A stretch of 64,000 bases of DNA from assembly GCA_023213395.1 (NCBI GenBank), contig CM041465.1:74717741-74781740 (forward strand), read 5' to 3'. Position numbers and translations under genes: made by a program. This DNA is from Cycas panzhihuaensis. Its lineage: Eukaryota > Plantae > Cycadophyta. How positions within the stretch are numbered: position 1 is the stretch's first letter; the number at the start of each line of letters is the position of its first letter. The notes below the pieces were generated by a model. It was given only the letters and a program-made list of their open reading frames with translations, made no database searches and was not told the DNA's origin. Shown piece by piece: positions 27,501 to 41,638 of this stretch.

Positions 27501-30500
27501 TGAACATGAAATCCAACTGGTTGCTGATTCACCTTTGCCAAATCTTAGTCTCTACTAAAACTCAGTTTTGAAAAATGAAGAGATTAAGAGGCAGATTCAA
27601 GAACTCTTGGAACAAGGAGTGATCAAGCTGAGTTGTTCCCCATGTGGATCACCTATTGTTTTGGTGCCAAAGAAAGATGGAGGATGGAGAATGTGCATTG
27701 ACTACCGGGCTTTGAACAAGATCACCATAAAGAATCGACATCCCTTACCACGGATAGATGACTTATTAGACCAGCTACAGTCGGTAAGATATTTCAGCAA
27801 AATGGACCTGAAATTAGGCTACCATTAGGTTCGAATACGAGAGGAGGATACTTGGAAGACAACCTTCAAATCGAAGAAAGGATTGTTCGAATGGTTGGTG
27901 ATGCCGTTTGGTCTGTGCAATGCACCTGCCACCTTCATGAGGTTGATGAATGAGGTATTAAGACCCTTCATTGATGACTTTATAATTGTTTATCTAGATG
28001 ATATTCTGATTTTTAGCCATACATTGGAGGAGCACCTCCAACATGTTAAGCAAGTGCTCAAAGTTCTTCAAGAGTAGCAGTTGAAACTCAATATAAAGAA
28101 GTGCAAGTTTGGAAAATAATTTGGAAAATAATCTCTCGTCTTCTTAGGTTTCATGGTTGGAGGAGGAGAATTGAAGATTGACCCAGTAAAGATTAAAATC
28201 ATTCTCAATTGGCCCACACCCAAGACAACCACAGAGGTAAGAAGTTTCATTGGTGCATGTCAATATTTAAGAAAATTTATTTTCAGATTCTCTCAAATTG
28301 TAGCACCTCTTCATGCATTGATGGGAGGACATGCAAAGTTTCATTGGGAGTATGAACAAGAAAAAGCTTTTAGGCTTTTGAAGTAGAAAATTTGTGAGGC
28401 ACCGGTGTTAGTTTTACCCTCACTCTAGAAGCCATTTGAATTGGAGACTGATGCTTCAGGCTATGCCATGGGAGTAGTACTGAAGCAAGAAGGAAAAGTA
28501 ATAACATACCATTCAGAGACATTTAATGGAGCTGTCGTAAACTACCCAACTTACGATAAGGAGCTTTATGCATTACACCAAGCAGTGAAGCATTAGAGAC
28601 CCTATTTGTTGGGAAAAGAAGTGGTCATCCACACCAACCACAAGCCTTTGCAATTCTTATAGACTCAGTCTAAATTGCAGTAGGCTAGGCACATGAAGTG
28701 GATGTCCTATTTGCAGTAGTTTTACATCATGGTTAAATACAAGAAAGGAACGACGAATAAGATTGCAGACTTGCTATCCAGACCTCCTCAACAGCAAGCT
28801 ATTTCCAGTTTGTTGGTAGCTATACAATTTCAACCTTTCTGCCATGATGAATATGTTGATTTGTATTTGAAAGACGAGGCATTCAAGCTTATCTTTGAGT
28901 AGCTACAACAAGGAAAAGTAGTTACTAATTTCTAGCTGAAAGATGGACTTCTTTGCAAGCAAGACAAGCTTTGCATTCCAAAGCATGCAGACCAAATGAA
29001 GTGGATAAGAGAAGCTCACACCTCTCGAGTTGCAGGACACTTTGGAGTGGGAAAGACATTGCTAAACTTGCAGTGATATATGTAATGACCAAATATGTAA
29101 CAAGATATGACTACAACAATACGAGGGTGTACATTATGTAGCACATCAAAGCTAACCAATAAGAAGTTTGGATTGTACATTCCACTTCCTGTTCCATCAC
29201 GACTATGGGAAAGTATCTCCATGGATTTCCTGGGAGGACTACTACAAACCAAAAAGGGTATGGATTATTTGTTTGTAGTTGTTGATCGGTTCAGTAAAAT
29301 GGTGATGTTGATTCCCTGTAGGAAGACACATACAGGAGAAGACATAGCTAGATTATTTTTCTAGCATGTTTGGAAGTATTTTGGACTTCCCAACTCAATC
29401 ATTTCTAATTGAGACAGCAGATTTCTGAGTCATTTTTGGCAAACACTTTAGGGAATAATGGATACGAAGATAAAGATGAGCATGGCTTTTCATCCTCAAA
29501 CAGATGGCTAGACTAAAGTTGTCAACATGACATTGGTACAGCTATTACAAGGATACAATGTCAAGCATCCTAAGACTTGGGATGAAAGTCTCCCATACTT
29601 GTAATTTGTATTCAATAGAGCTATCCATAGCTCAACCCAGAAATCACCATTTGAGGTATGTTTAGGATTTCTGCCTGCAAGTCCTTTCGATCTAGAATTT
29701 TCTACTCAATTTTCTATAGGAAATGGAAAGGAGGAAGAAGGAGATGAAAAGGCACAAAGATTCTTGGAAAGAATTAGAAAAATCCATCAACAAGTTGAAG
29801 AGCATCTTTAAAATCTCAACAGAGATACAAATAGCGACACGATGCATATAAAACTAGCCATTCCTTTAAGGAAGGAGATAGAGTTTGGTTGCACCTCAGT
29901 AAGAAAAGATTACAAGGTGAAGGCAGAAAGCTAAAGCCTTTACGATATGGTCCTTTTACAATCTTGAAGAAAATTAGAGAAAATGCTTTCTAGCTTGAAC
30001 TTCTAGAATTCACAAAGATGTATTCCGTAGTGAATGTTAAGAATCTGAAGATGTTCGAGCCATCCATGTTGGATGAAGATGAAGACGGAGTTCCACTCTT
30101 ACCAAATCCAGAGCAGTTACGAATAGAGAAAGAGGAACCAATGCAAAATGATTGCATTCTTCAAAAGAAGCAGACCAAGACTCGAAGAGGTATAATCAAG
30201 TCCTTCAGAATTGCAGAGAAAGGACAAGTACCTAGTAAAGCAAAATGGTACAATAAGGAGATTGGGAAAATCAAATTCCCTCATCTACAACTATAAAGTT
30301 TATGAGGCCATGAACTCCTAAAAAAGGGGAGTTTTGATCCATTTTTGGATGTTTAAATACTCTTAAAATATCTTATTTTTCATGTTTTTGGTCTTTATTT
30401 AGTAGAAAAATGCCTTAAAAAGGCCTAATGGTCTTCATTTAGTAGAAAAATGCCTTTAAAAGCCTCAAAAAATGTAAAAAAATATATTTCTACAAGTGCA

Positions 30501-31374
30501 ACCAAAAGCATGAGGGTGTCATTATTATGCGGTCTTGCCAGAAGTGTCATCACACGTTAGGTGCTCTCGCAGTGCGACAACTGCTACCTGAAAAGTAAAA
30601 AATGGAAAAATAATAAAAATGACAACGATTTTGGTGGCACAAACGAGATTCATTTCACACGAAATTCAAGGAGAGACTTCACACACGTGTCCTCTACACA
30701 TTTAAGGAGAAAAATCTCCAAATTAAAAGGATTTTATCAAGATTTCGTAAGTTATTTTGGAATCCATTGGAAAACGGAAAATCTATTGCAAATAAAATGT
30801 ATTTAGGCGAAGATCTGGGGAGGAACAATGAGAAATTCGACAGAGAAATCCAACAGGAAAAGGAGGACACCGCAGCCATATGCAGTAGTGGAGCAAGATT
30901 CAAGGAGAGTTTCTAAAACTACTTTTTGGAAAGAGAACAACTCCAATGACTGAAATTCTACATAGAGAGAGAAGATGGCAGTGAGAATAAACTGCTTGGG
31001 GATCGTGAAGGAGCCCGAAAGATCGAAGTTGCAGCTGAGTGGAGAAGACAGCAGTAGAAGTAGTCCCAAAAAGAGACGCTAGCAAGATTTTTCTTCACCA
31101 AAAAGAGGTTTTTGGTAATTAACAACAAAAAATGTTTTGCAATCTTCAAAGACAGAGGTTCCAAAGAACGAGTAGTAGCTCAAGGAGTGCCCAACACTCA
31201 GTTTCTCTCTCCCAAGTCAACAGAGCAGCCCTTGCATGCTCAATAGAGCACAAACAAAAGGAGTTTTGTAAGAAAAATCTAAAATATCTTCAATTCTATG
31301 TAATATTAATGTAAATTATTTTGGATTTATTTCAATTGGTTTAAGTCTTCACTTTCCCATTTAAATTCAGATCA
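24553..31374 (+). mobile_element. Full-length degenerate Ty3/Gypsy chromovirus (CRM-like), nested
   Basis: About 1.04 kb LTRs 24553-25587 and 30335-31374 (TGATC...GATCA). TSD AATCT at 24548-24552 and 31375-31379. PBS TGGTATCAGAG at 25594. PPT 30320-30331. Confidence 0.95.
25861..30296 (+). pseudogene. gag-pol of the CRM-like Gypsy (gag, CCHC, protease, RT, RNase H, integrase, chromo-like tail), with multiple stops and frameshifts
   Basis: LPIYDGTLDAEKLNGWL; CTHCKRVGHIIEDC; AIFDRGSQKNLI; [11 protein letters not shown]; VYLDDILI; ETDASG; SMDFLGGL, VVVDRFSK; YGPF. Confidence 0.93.
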
Positions 31375-33875
31375 AATCTTCTAACCACCTCTTGCTATAT
31401 CTTGTAGGTCATGAAGATTTGATTTGATCTTGTGTCTTCTATGGAGCTTTACTAGTAGGCATGTTGTATTTGTCAATGTTTGTTCTTGGGACCAGGTACA
31501 TGTAATATCTTATTTTGAATCAGAAGGATCCTGGGACCGGTGAGGGATCTCAATTGACTTGTCCTGGTCTTGCCTTACATTTGCACCTTTTATTTTTAAA
31601 TGGGATGAATTTTAGAAAAAGACGTGAAGGCTTTGGGAAAAGAATTGGTTGTGAGGGTCATGGATTAATGATTGCCTATTGTGGGAAAAAGAAAAAGGGG
31701 AATGAATCGAGATCAAGCATAACTCAGAAGGTATAGAAAGAAGGGATAAATTTTGGAATATGTCTTGGATGGAGATGAAAGTTTGTATAAGTTTTATTGG
31801 ACCACAACACCTTTTGGGAGTGAAAGATGGATGAGGAATTAGTGATAGGGGTTCTTTATGAAAAAAAAGATTTAATAGGTTTTTAGGATTGGTATTCAAA
31901 CAAAAGAAAATATTTAATGGAAAAAAATAATAGTGATAGTATGAAATTGCAGGGGTTTGGGAAAAGCTAGACTCAGTTTTATAAGGGGTAATACTAAAAG
32001 TTAGAACTTGATAAACAGATTAAAGTTGTAGAGTGTCCTATTGAGGATGGTCTATAGGGGATGAAGGAGTAGGTAAGTAAAGAGATGAACTAGGGTTATA
32101 GAGAAAAATATGGATTTGTCCTACGAAAAAATTAAGGAGATTAAGATAATGGCTAACTATGGGTTGGCTAGAAGAGGACTTTTATATGTTTATTGAATTA
32201 GGGAAAGAGAGAAGGCATATAAAATTACCAAATAAAATGTGCATGTGTAATCCAAGATCAGTGAGTACCTTGAATGAAATTTGTTGAGAAAAGTCTACTT
32301 GTTCTTCATTGTCTTCATGCTGCTCCTGTGAAACTTCACTTTGTATTTCTTTTTTGATATTATCTTGAAATTCTTCTATTGCCCGTGCCTCTTTCAAGTC
32401 TTCTATGAAGTCAGGTTGTATCCTCTATAATGGTTCTTGTTCAAGCTCTTGTAAAATCCTTAGGATCTCCTCATTAATCATTTCTTCTTCCTGTCCTTCT
32501 TCTTCTTCTTGAATTTTATCTTGCTTATGCCTCTGAAAAGCTGTGATAGCTGCCTCAAAAAATTGGTACCATAGAAAAGGTTCTTTAGCCCAATTAATGA
32601 ACCATTCATAAGCTTGTCCATTCAATATCATTTCTAATAATTGTCCATACTCTTCAAACTCTGTATCAGGCATGAATTTGAAGTCTTCTATCTATTTTTT
32701 GATATCTTTATAATCATCTAAATTAAAAAACTTGTCTTAATTTTTTCTCAATAAAGGCTATACTTCAAGGATTAAAATCTATATTTTCTACTGGTCAAAA
32801 CCATCACATATGACCACTTACTACAAATGTCATTTTTACAAAAGAGCCCTTTTTTCTTATTTACGAATAATTACGCTTTCTCAAGAATGAACAGAACTGC
32901 CTTTATATGTTCCAAGTGTTCTTTGCCTTTTACCTTCAAAACGAAGCTCTAATACCATGTGTAGCGATCTAGCAATTTTCGTCAAAATATAAGTAATAAT
33001 CCACAAAAGACAATAACTAAATGCAGTCTTTGCTGAAGAAGTGAGCTTCCCTCTTCGAGGTGAGGAACCCTCCAAACTACAGCCCCTAAATGGGCAAGCT
33101 AATTACAGCCCTAGAACCAAAAATATGCAACCAAAGGACCTCCGATGATGGTTAGGGATGCAACCCAAACTTCCTATTTATAATGATCAAAATACTTTAA
33201 TTAGAAGTCAGCTAGACTTGGTGATATTCTTCTTAATACTGCTCAAATAGAACTTGGCCAAAACTTCTCCAAAACTGGCAAGCTATCTTTAAACAGTCAT
33301 AACTTTTGATATAGATGTCAGAATTAACTTTCATTTAGACCGTTGGAATCATTGTTCAGAGGCCTTCGATTTGAATGGTAATAAGCTATATTTTTTTTTA
33401 CCATATTTTGGAATGCTATAATGTTGATTATTTTATGTGGTGACTTTGGATACTAGGCAAACTAAGTAACTTTGAACTTGTGAGGATGGTATACTTAATC
33501 CTTTCTAGTCACTTTCTCTTATTCTAGGAGATGTCATTATTATTTCCCTATTCATTCTAACTCTTCTTATTGGAATTCTCATGATCTTCAATGAGCCTAA
33601 AACTATGATACACTTTAATACAAGTATAAACTATTGACCCTTCCATGCTTCGTAGTAAGCCCAAAACTATGACATACTCCAACACAAGTGTAATTTATCA
33701 AGCTTCCCCCTATACCTATTAATTAATGGTATTATCACTCTCATTTTGTTCTTTGTTAGAACCCCCATATCTTCAGTACTAATCATACTCATAGTTAGTC
33801 TATATCATATAGGGTAAAAGGGGAGGAATAAGGTAAGAGTCAAGCAACCATATAATATGTGCTAAATATTAAAAA

Positions 33876-34001
<126 letters not shown>

Positions 34002-35404
34002 TAGAGGTCTAAGTACAAAAATGTTGTATATTCCTAGCTTCCATGAATGCTTATATGGATCCAATAAGATATAATAATCACTCCCCATACTTATGAAGTG
34101 AAATTACACATCCCTCTCTTGTTCACTAACCCCCACCCCCTTCCCAACTCTTTCTTATAGCAACTGTAAATATAACGCTCCATGTGTACTATGAGATGGG
34201 TTAGTGCCATTCTATCCTCCACCATGTGCAGTATGAAATTATCTAACCCTAGTGCCTATCGATAGTAGTGGGTGTACCATTACTTATTATAATGTAGTAT
34301 TTATCACTATGCAATATTCCTCTAAGATAATAATCATCACCCCTTAGTCAACCACTTGTCTTTCCAACACCCTTAATCAATTGTACCATATGTGAAACAT
34401 CTCATGCGCTTTATTTATAACTTCTAGATAGGATCTCTGTACCCTATATAGAATCACCTCCCCTACATTCCATAGGAGAGGCTCTCTTAACCTTTATATG
34501 ATAGACAAGATCATCTTTAGGCTTTGTCATATGGCCTCTCAACTAGTTATATCTCCACCTATATGAAGGATAATTTATATTAATATTATATTCATTAAAA
34601 AGAAAAACTAAAAATAATAAAAACTAAAACAAATGGAAAGTGTAGAGTTTGGATTACTTCCAACACCTCCTTCACCTTAGCCATTGGTTCCACATCTTGG
34701 GGCCAACCACTAATTAGATATATGTGAAAGGGACCTTTTAACCAACCTCTATGAAGAGGTCTCTTTACTTGTATTCTTAAACGAAAATGAGGAAATTGAA
34801 CTAACTTACTAATTAAACTACTTCACATATGCATAATAGAATCAAACCAAATACAAATCAAGTATAAGCACTCAAATCAATCAAACAAGTCAAAGAACAA
34901 CCCCCTTAGCTTTATAAAGGTCACAAGAAACCTTCCAACAAGTTAAAGGACCATTGGGAGTCCTTATCCTAAAGTAAATATCCTAGGCTTCTCCTATTTC
35001 TATCCAAAATTCTTTCCTATGGATAAAAGTCTAACCTAGACCTTTATTCCCATTAAAAAAGGAGTAATCTATGTTGCACTAGCTATAGATTATGAGGACC
35101 AGTAATTGTAAGGACCTAGGAGAGTTTAGATCCTAAATTAATGACCCTAGTAAGGGTCAATCATTGGGCACTCCCTCACTCAGTGATGATCCATCTATGA
35201 GAATAAATAACCTAAGGATACCCATATTTAACTTTAATGAGTTCTCACACCTACAGGTGAGGTTAGGAAGAGGAAGTTACTCTCAACCTAAAGGATAATG
35301 GTAAGCCACCTCTTTTAGCATTTGAAATATGGCTAGAAAGAAAAACTAATCTTAAGGAAGGAGTAGTTTATATACTAGGGATATCAAGTCCTGGTCAATC
35401 AAAA

Positions 35405-38400
35405 TGTTATGTACTTGATCCCCTTTCAATACAGCTACCTTACTCCTCTCTCTCTCTCTTTGATGTATCTTCTTCTCCTTCTTCATCTTCACTAGTCTCT
35501 TATTATAATTTTCCCACATATATTAGTCAAGTCTCCTTCTTCATCTTCACTAGTCTCTTATTGTAATTGTCCTATATGCAATAGTGAAGTGAGATGAGTG
35601 GCCTTAGTGGCTATATATATGTACTCTCCACTCTTATAAAGGACATCTCTAAGCATTGAGATATTGTGTATTGGAGGTTTCCCCCTTGAAGTGGCTTAGC
35701 AATATAAAGTGATCTTGTGCTTGTATAATTTTCTTGAAGAGAATTCAACTTTTGTTGGAGGATTTGACAATTATTAGAGTAAAGTATATTCCAAGTAGTA
35801 TTAGATATGTTGATCCATGACTTGTGGGAGAGTCGAAGGTATTGAGTAGTTAGTTTTTTTTTTCTTTTCCCAATTAGTTTTTATTCTTATTAGTATTTAT
35901 TCTCTTTTTAATTTCTGCTTAGTTACTTCTATTTTTTAGGGGTAAACAACACTACAATTGAGAAACTACCCTAACACTACCACCGAGTAGTTTTTCTTTG
36001 TATTTAGATAGAGACCCTATGCCAAGGGTTTATAAATATTATGAGGATCTATTGTTTTGGGCTAACTGTATTATAGCTTTTCTGCACCCTACATGAAGGG
36101 CTGAAGATCACACTCTTAAACTAAGCTTTAAATAGAACTCAACTATACAATTACACCTCCAGGTACTTATGTATATATAGGAGGACCTCCTAAATAGTCC
36201 TTATTAGTATAGGTAACTATAGAAAACCTATTGGTTGTTTGCACTTTATAGTTCATTGATAAATAGTTACCCTTAAGAAGTTACTCTTCATATATCCTAG
36301 AGACAAGGCAGTACGAATACAAAGTAGAGCATTAGCCTATGTAAGTTGATACTATTTACAACTGGTATCAATATATTAAAGGGCCTACAAACTAGACAAT
36401 CTAAAACCTAGTGTATCAAGTCAGTTTATTAGTGGTTTTTACACACCTAGTTAGTTAGTGAGTTAATCATCATCAATCTGGAAAAATTTAGTGTGTCCAA
36501 CTAGTTTGTCATCAATTCATGCACACACAACAAGTCAGTCAATCCGTGGGCCAAAAAAGTAAAAAAAATAATAAAGAAAAAAAAAAAATCCATATTGTCC
36601 AATTGTAAAATAAGTAGGACAATAGTCTAAAGACACCCACTAAGGGCTTAACATCCTTAAGAACCTAGATTCATAAGATAATATTGAGTTAAGGTTCAGA
36701 AGAAAAATGGCCCCCAAAATCAATCCTGATTAGAGCGTCAAACTCAATGATGTAGTCATCTCATTAAGAGGGGAAACAAATGTCAAGCTTTAAGAGGTAC
36801 AACATATAATAAATAATTTATCACTTCAAGTATTCAATATGATTGCCTTGTTGGAGAAATTCTTCACCAACAAGGATAACTAAGCTAAGGAGGATGACTA
36901 CTACTACAAAAGAAAAAAGAAACTTAATTTGGATCATACATCTTGACAAGAATATTATAATGAGAGCATGGATGATGACCACTATGATAACAATGAGGGA
37001 GGCCAACCTTCCTTCTAAAGGAAGAGCTCAAAAAATTTAATGGTAATGATATTCAAACTTGGGTGTCATAAATGGAACAATACTTTACCCTTCACTAAGT
37101 CCCTGAAGATAAAAAGATATCAATGGCCTCTTTGCTTATGGAATCTAAGCCTTATCAATGGTACTAGTGGGTGAAGAAGAAGGTTAGTAGACTTAATTAC
37201 AAGTAGCACTATTTTATTAAGGACCTTAAGACACAATATAATAATATTTAGGATAATGATTATTTTAGTCATCTCACAAAAATTTGGAAAGATAGAATAA
37301 TTTTAGAATATACCTCTATATACGAGCACCTCTCCACATGAGTTAAGAACTTGAGTGAGGAATAAATGCTAGAAATATACATTTGTGGACTTCTAGATGA
37401 GATTAATCATGAACTTCGTCTCTTGAATCCTACACACATCACACAAGCCAATAAGACTAGCATGCCAAATTGAAGTAAAAAATAAGGCGTCCCATCCATG
37501 CGACCATATGTCGACAAGAGAATACCATCATATGCATCACATGCCCTAGTCATGTCACACTCACTAATTGTTTGACATATAAACACACAAGAAGTTGATG
37601 AGAAGAGGTCAAAATGGTTATGATTTAGATGTAATTAAAAATAGTATGAGGACCATTGATGTTATGAAAAATGATTATTTATCATTGAGGACATACAAGA
37701 TGAGGAATAAGAGGAAGAAAATATTCCAGAACAACCACATGAACATGTCTTAAAATCACTAAAATCACTCATAGATGATGATAAAGATATTGCAACCATC
37801 TCAATCCATGCCTTAACTAGAATTACAACTCCTTAAACTCTCAAAATCATTAGGTATATTAAGAAAAAGTGAGTGGTTATCTTAATTAACTCAGGAAGCA
37901 CCCCTAATTTCATTAAAAGGAAACTGGCTAAAGAGCTTAATTATTTCTCATATCTAGTAAAAAACTTCCAAGTCACAGTCACTAATGGGGGAATACTATC
38001 TTATGGTGGAAAATTCCATAATATTAGGTTTACCATGGGAGAGTATCATTTATCTACTTCAATGTTTGTAATCCCCATTGGAGGTGTCAATGTGGCTTTA
38101 GGAGCTTAATGGTTGAAGAGACCTAGCACCATTAAACTTAACCTACAAGAGTTATTCATTTGATTCAACTCAGAAGGTGAAGAGTACCAAATTAATGGAA
38201 TCATCATACCTCAATCACAAGTCATCAGCTCACATACAATGGAGAAATTAATACAAAAAGGAAGCATAACATTAATTGCAAGGTGTTATGTAATCACAGG
38301 TCAACCATCCCTAATTGGAGAAGATACAACTTACAATAGTTACCTCTTACCAAAATTATGAGAAGTTCTACTCAACCATCCTCAGGTCTTTAATAAAGAC

Positions 38401-41400
38401 CCCAAGGGGTTTCCACCACAATGAGAGTAGGACTATGCCATTAAGATTGTCCCTAAAATTCACCCACCTAGCATACAACCATATAAGTATCTATACCAAT
38501 AAAAGAATGAAATTGAAAGGTAGGTACATGAATTACTAGATGTAGGGGTCATCTAAGAGAGTAAAAGTACCTTTTTCACCCTAGTCATACTAGTTAGAAA
38601 AAAGGATGAATCATCTAGATATGTGTTGATTATAGAGAGTTAAATAAAATCATAATCAAGGATAAATTTCTTATTTGAATGATTGATTAATTACTAGATG
38701 AATTACATGGTGCAACTATATTCACATCCTTGGATCTTTGATCCAGCCATTACCAAATCAGGGTCAAGATAGAAGATGTGCACTAAATAACCTTTCAAAC
38801 CCATGAAGGTCATAATGAATTCTTGGTCATGCCCTTTGGCCTCACTAATATACCAACCATATTCTAAGGACTTATGAATAAAATCTTATGTCCATACTTA
38901 AGAAAATTTATTCTAGTCCTTTTTTGATGACATTATCATATATAGTTGTACAATTGAAGAATATATTTAACATGTGGATAAGGTTTTGAAATTATTAGAA
39001 GATAACCAACTATATGTCAAAAAATTCAAATGTAATTTTAGCAAGAAGGAATTAGAATACTTGGGGCACATCATTTCTCAAGATGGAGTAAAGGTTGACC
39101 TAATAAAAATTGTCACTATATAGAACTGCCCCCAACCTAAAAGCGTTAAAGCTCTTCGAGGATTCCTAGGATTGATAGGATACTACTAAAAGTTTGTTAA
39201 GGAATATGCTAAGATAGCAACACCCCTAATATAGTTTCTAAAGAAGGACTCATTCTAGTGGACAATGATGGCAAGTGAAGCCTTTGTAATACTAAAAAAG
39301 GCTATGATCACTACATCAGTGTTGGCAACACCTAACTTTATTAGAATATTTATTATTAAATGTGATGCCTCGAGATAAGTGTTGGAAGCAATACTTATGC
39401 AAGATAAATGACCCTTAGCTTTTAAGAGTTAAAGGCTACAACTGAGAGACTTGGGTAAGTTTGCCTATAAAAAGGAAATAATGGCAATCTTACATGTGGC
39501 CATGAAATAGTGTCAATACCTTCTTGGGGCACACTTTAAGATAAAAACTAACCATGATAGTCTAAAATACTTTCTCAAACAAAGGGTAGCCTCTAAGAAG
39601 CAATAGAAATGGGTATCTAAAATGTAGAGGTTCAACTTTAAAATTATTTACAAAAAGGGGAAGGATAATGTCAAAGTTAATATCCTTTCTAGAAAAGAAG
39701 AGGAACCCACAATATGCACTATCATATCTATTATCCCTTCTTAGATTCAAGAATCTCATGAAGAATAGGATCAAGATATAGGGACCCAACAAATGATCTA
39801 AGACCTCTAAGAAGACTAAGATAGTCATAAAAGGTTTTCATGGTTAGCAAATACCTAATGGTATAAAAATAGATTATATTTAAGCCTATAATCCATGATT
39901 AAAGAAAGGATTCTCCATGATGCCCATAATTCACCTATAATTCGTCACTCTAGATTCTCAAAAATATATCAAAGGATTAAACAATCCTTCTATTAGACTT
40001 GGCTTAAAGATGATATAACAAGTTGGGTCACACATTATGAAATATGTCAAAGGCATAAAATTGAAACCACCAAGGTCCCTACACTATTGCAACCTCTACC
40101 ATAATCTGATTAGAGATGGGAATAGATATCCATGGATTTTATCATAGGATTATCCTATTAGATGGAAAAAATACAATCCTTATTGTGGTTGATAGGTCAA
40201 CAAAATATTGCCATTTTTGTGCCATCCAATCTACTTATAAGGAAAAATAGATTGCTAAAATATTTCTAAAGGAAATACACCAACTCCATGGAATGCCAAA
40301 AAAGATTGTCAGTGATAGGGATCCTAAATTCATCAACCACTTTTAGATAGAACTCTTCTAAATGCTAGGTGTTAAGCTGACTATGAGCTCATCCTACCGC
40401 CCATAAACATAGGTAGTTAATAAGTGTTTAGAGGGATATCTTTATTATTATGTCTTAGATAAATAGAATCATTGGTATCAATGGCTTCTTTTAGTAGAAT
40501 GGTGGTACAATCTAATTTATCATATGTCTACAAAAATGACCCTATTCTAGACTTTATATGGGTATCCATCACCAACTATAAAAAAGTACATGATGTAGAC
40601 TTCAAGGATGCAAGTAGTGGAGGAGCATCTACAACAACAAGCCAATGTACTCTGAATACTAAAAGATAACCTCAACTTGGCTCAAAATAAGCTGAAGTAG
40701 TAAGCAAATAAAAAATGAAGAAAGAGGGAGTTCTAACTAGGAGATTAGATCTACCTCTACCTACAACCTTACAAGTAGACATCACTTAAGGGAGATACCA
40801 AACGTAAGTTTGTGCTAAGATTGTATAGGCCATATCAAGTCCTCAAGCATGTGGGTGAGGTAGCCTATATCTTGGAGTTGCCAGTAATGTCCAAGCTCTA
40901 TAATTTCTTTCATGTGTCCTATTTAAAAAGGGACATTATCTAATAAGCACAAGCATAAACTAAACTCCCACTTTTGGATGATGAAGAAAAACTCCAATTG
41001 ATACTAAAACAAATCCTTGAGATAAGGATATAAAACTTATATTCCTAATAGATCCAAGAGTATCTCATCAAATGGAAGCACCTACTGCATGAAGATTTGA
41101 CATGGGAGGATGAGCAGATTATCCTGGAATATCTAGAATTACTTAAGCTTTAAGGGCAAAGCTTTTAAGGTGGGGAGGGGGGGGGTGCAGACTTGTTATG
41201 TACTTGATTCCCTTTCAATACATCTACCTTCCTCCTCTCTCTCTTTGATGTATCTTCTTCTCCTTCTTTATCTTCACTAGTCTCTTATTATAATTGTCCC
41301 ACATGCATTAGTTAAGTCTCCTTCTTTATCTTCACTAGTCTCTTATTATAATTCTCCCACATGCATTAGTCAAGTCTCCTTCTTTATCTTCACTAGTCTC

Positions 41401-41638
41401 TTATTATAATTATCCCATAAGCATTAGTGAAGAGGGATGAGCAACCATAGTAGCCTTATATACATATACTCTCCACTCTTATAAAGGCCATCTTTGAGCA
41501 TTAAGATATTGTTTATTGGAGGTTTCCCTCTTGAAGTGGCCTAACAATATAAAGTGATATTGTGTTTGTGTAATTTTCTTGAAGAGAATTTAACTTTCAT
41601 TGGAGGATTTGGCAATTGTTAGAGTAAAGTCCATTCCA
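35405..41638 (+). mobile_element. Full-length, heavily decayed Ty3/Gypsy chromovirus
   Basis: LTRs 35405-35793 and 41194-41638. TSD CAAAA at 35400-35404 and 41639-41643. Degenerate PBS about 35796; G-rich PPT 41167-41185. Protease VILINSGSTPNFI, RT FLVMPFGL and FFDDII, integrase ISMDFI, chromodomain QEYLIKWK...DLTWEDE. Confidence 0.92.
41259..41432 (+). repeat. 58-bp tandem repeat inside the LTR (3 copies in 3' LTR; 2 copies at 35474-35589 in 5' LTR)
   Basis: Unit TCTCCTTCTTTATCTTCACTAGTCTCTTATTATAATT...TAGTYAAG starting at 41259, 41317 and 41375. Confidence 0.92.

Larger units (their letters stand above)
24026..33420 (-). mobile_element. Non-autonomous LTR element (about 2.6 kb without nested insert) with a gag-like fragment
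   Basis: LTRs 24026-24483 and 32960-33420. TSD ATGTT at 24021-24025 and 33421-33425. PBS TGGTATTAGAGC at 32946-32957. PPT AAGGGGAGGGGAA at 24485-24497. Same-frame ORF pieces 32673-32182 with gag-like LNGQAYEWF and an acidic tract. Confidence 0.9.

Noticed and set aside
41259-41432. Repeat arrays as CRISPR (also 45318-45488)
   Set aside because: No unique spacers, no cas genes, eukaryotic retroelement context.
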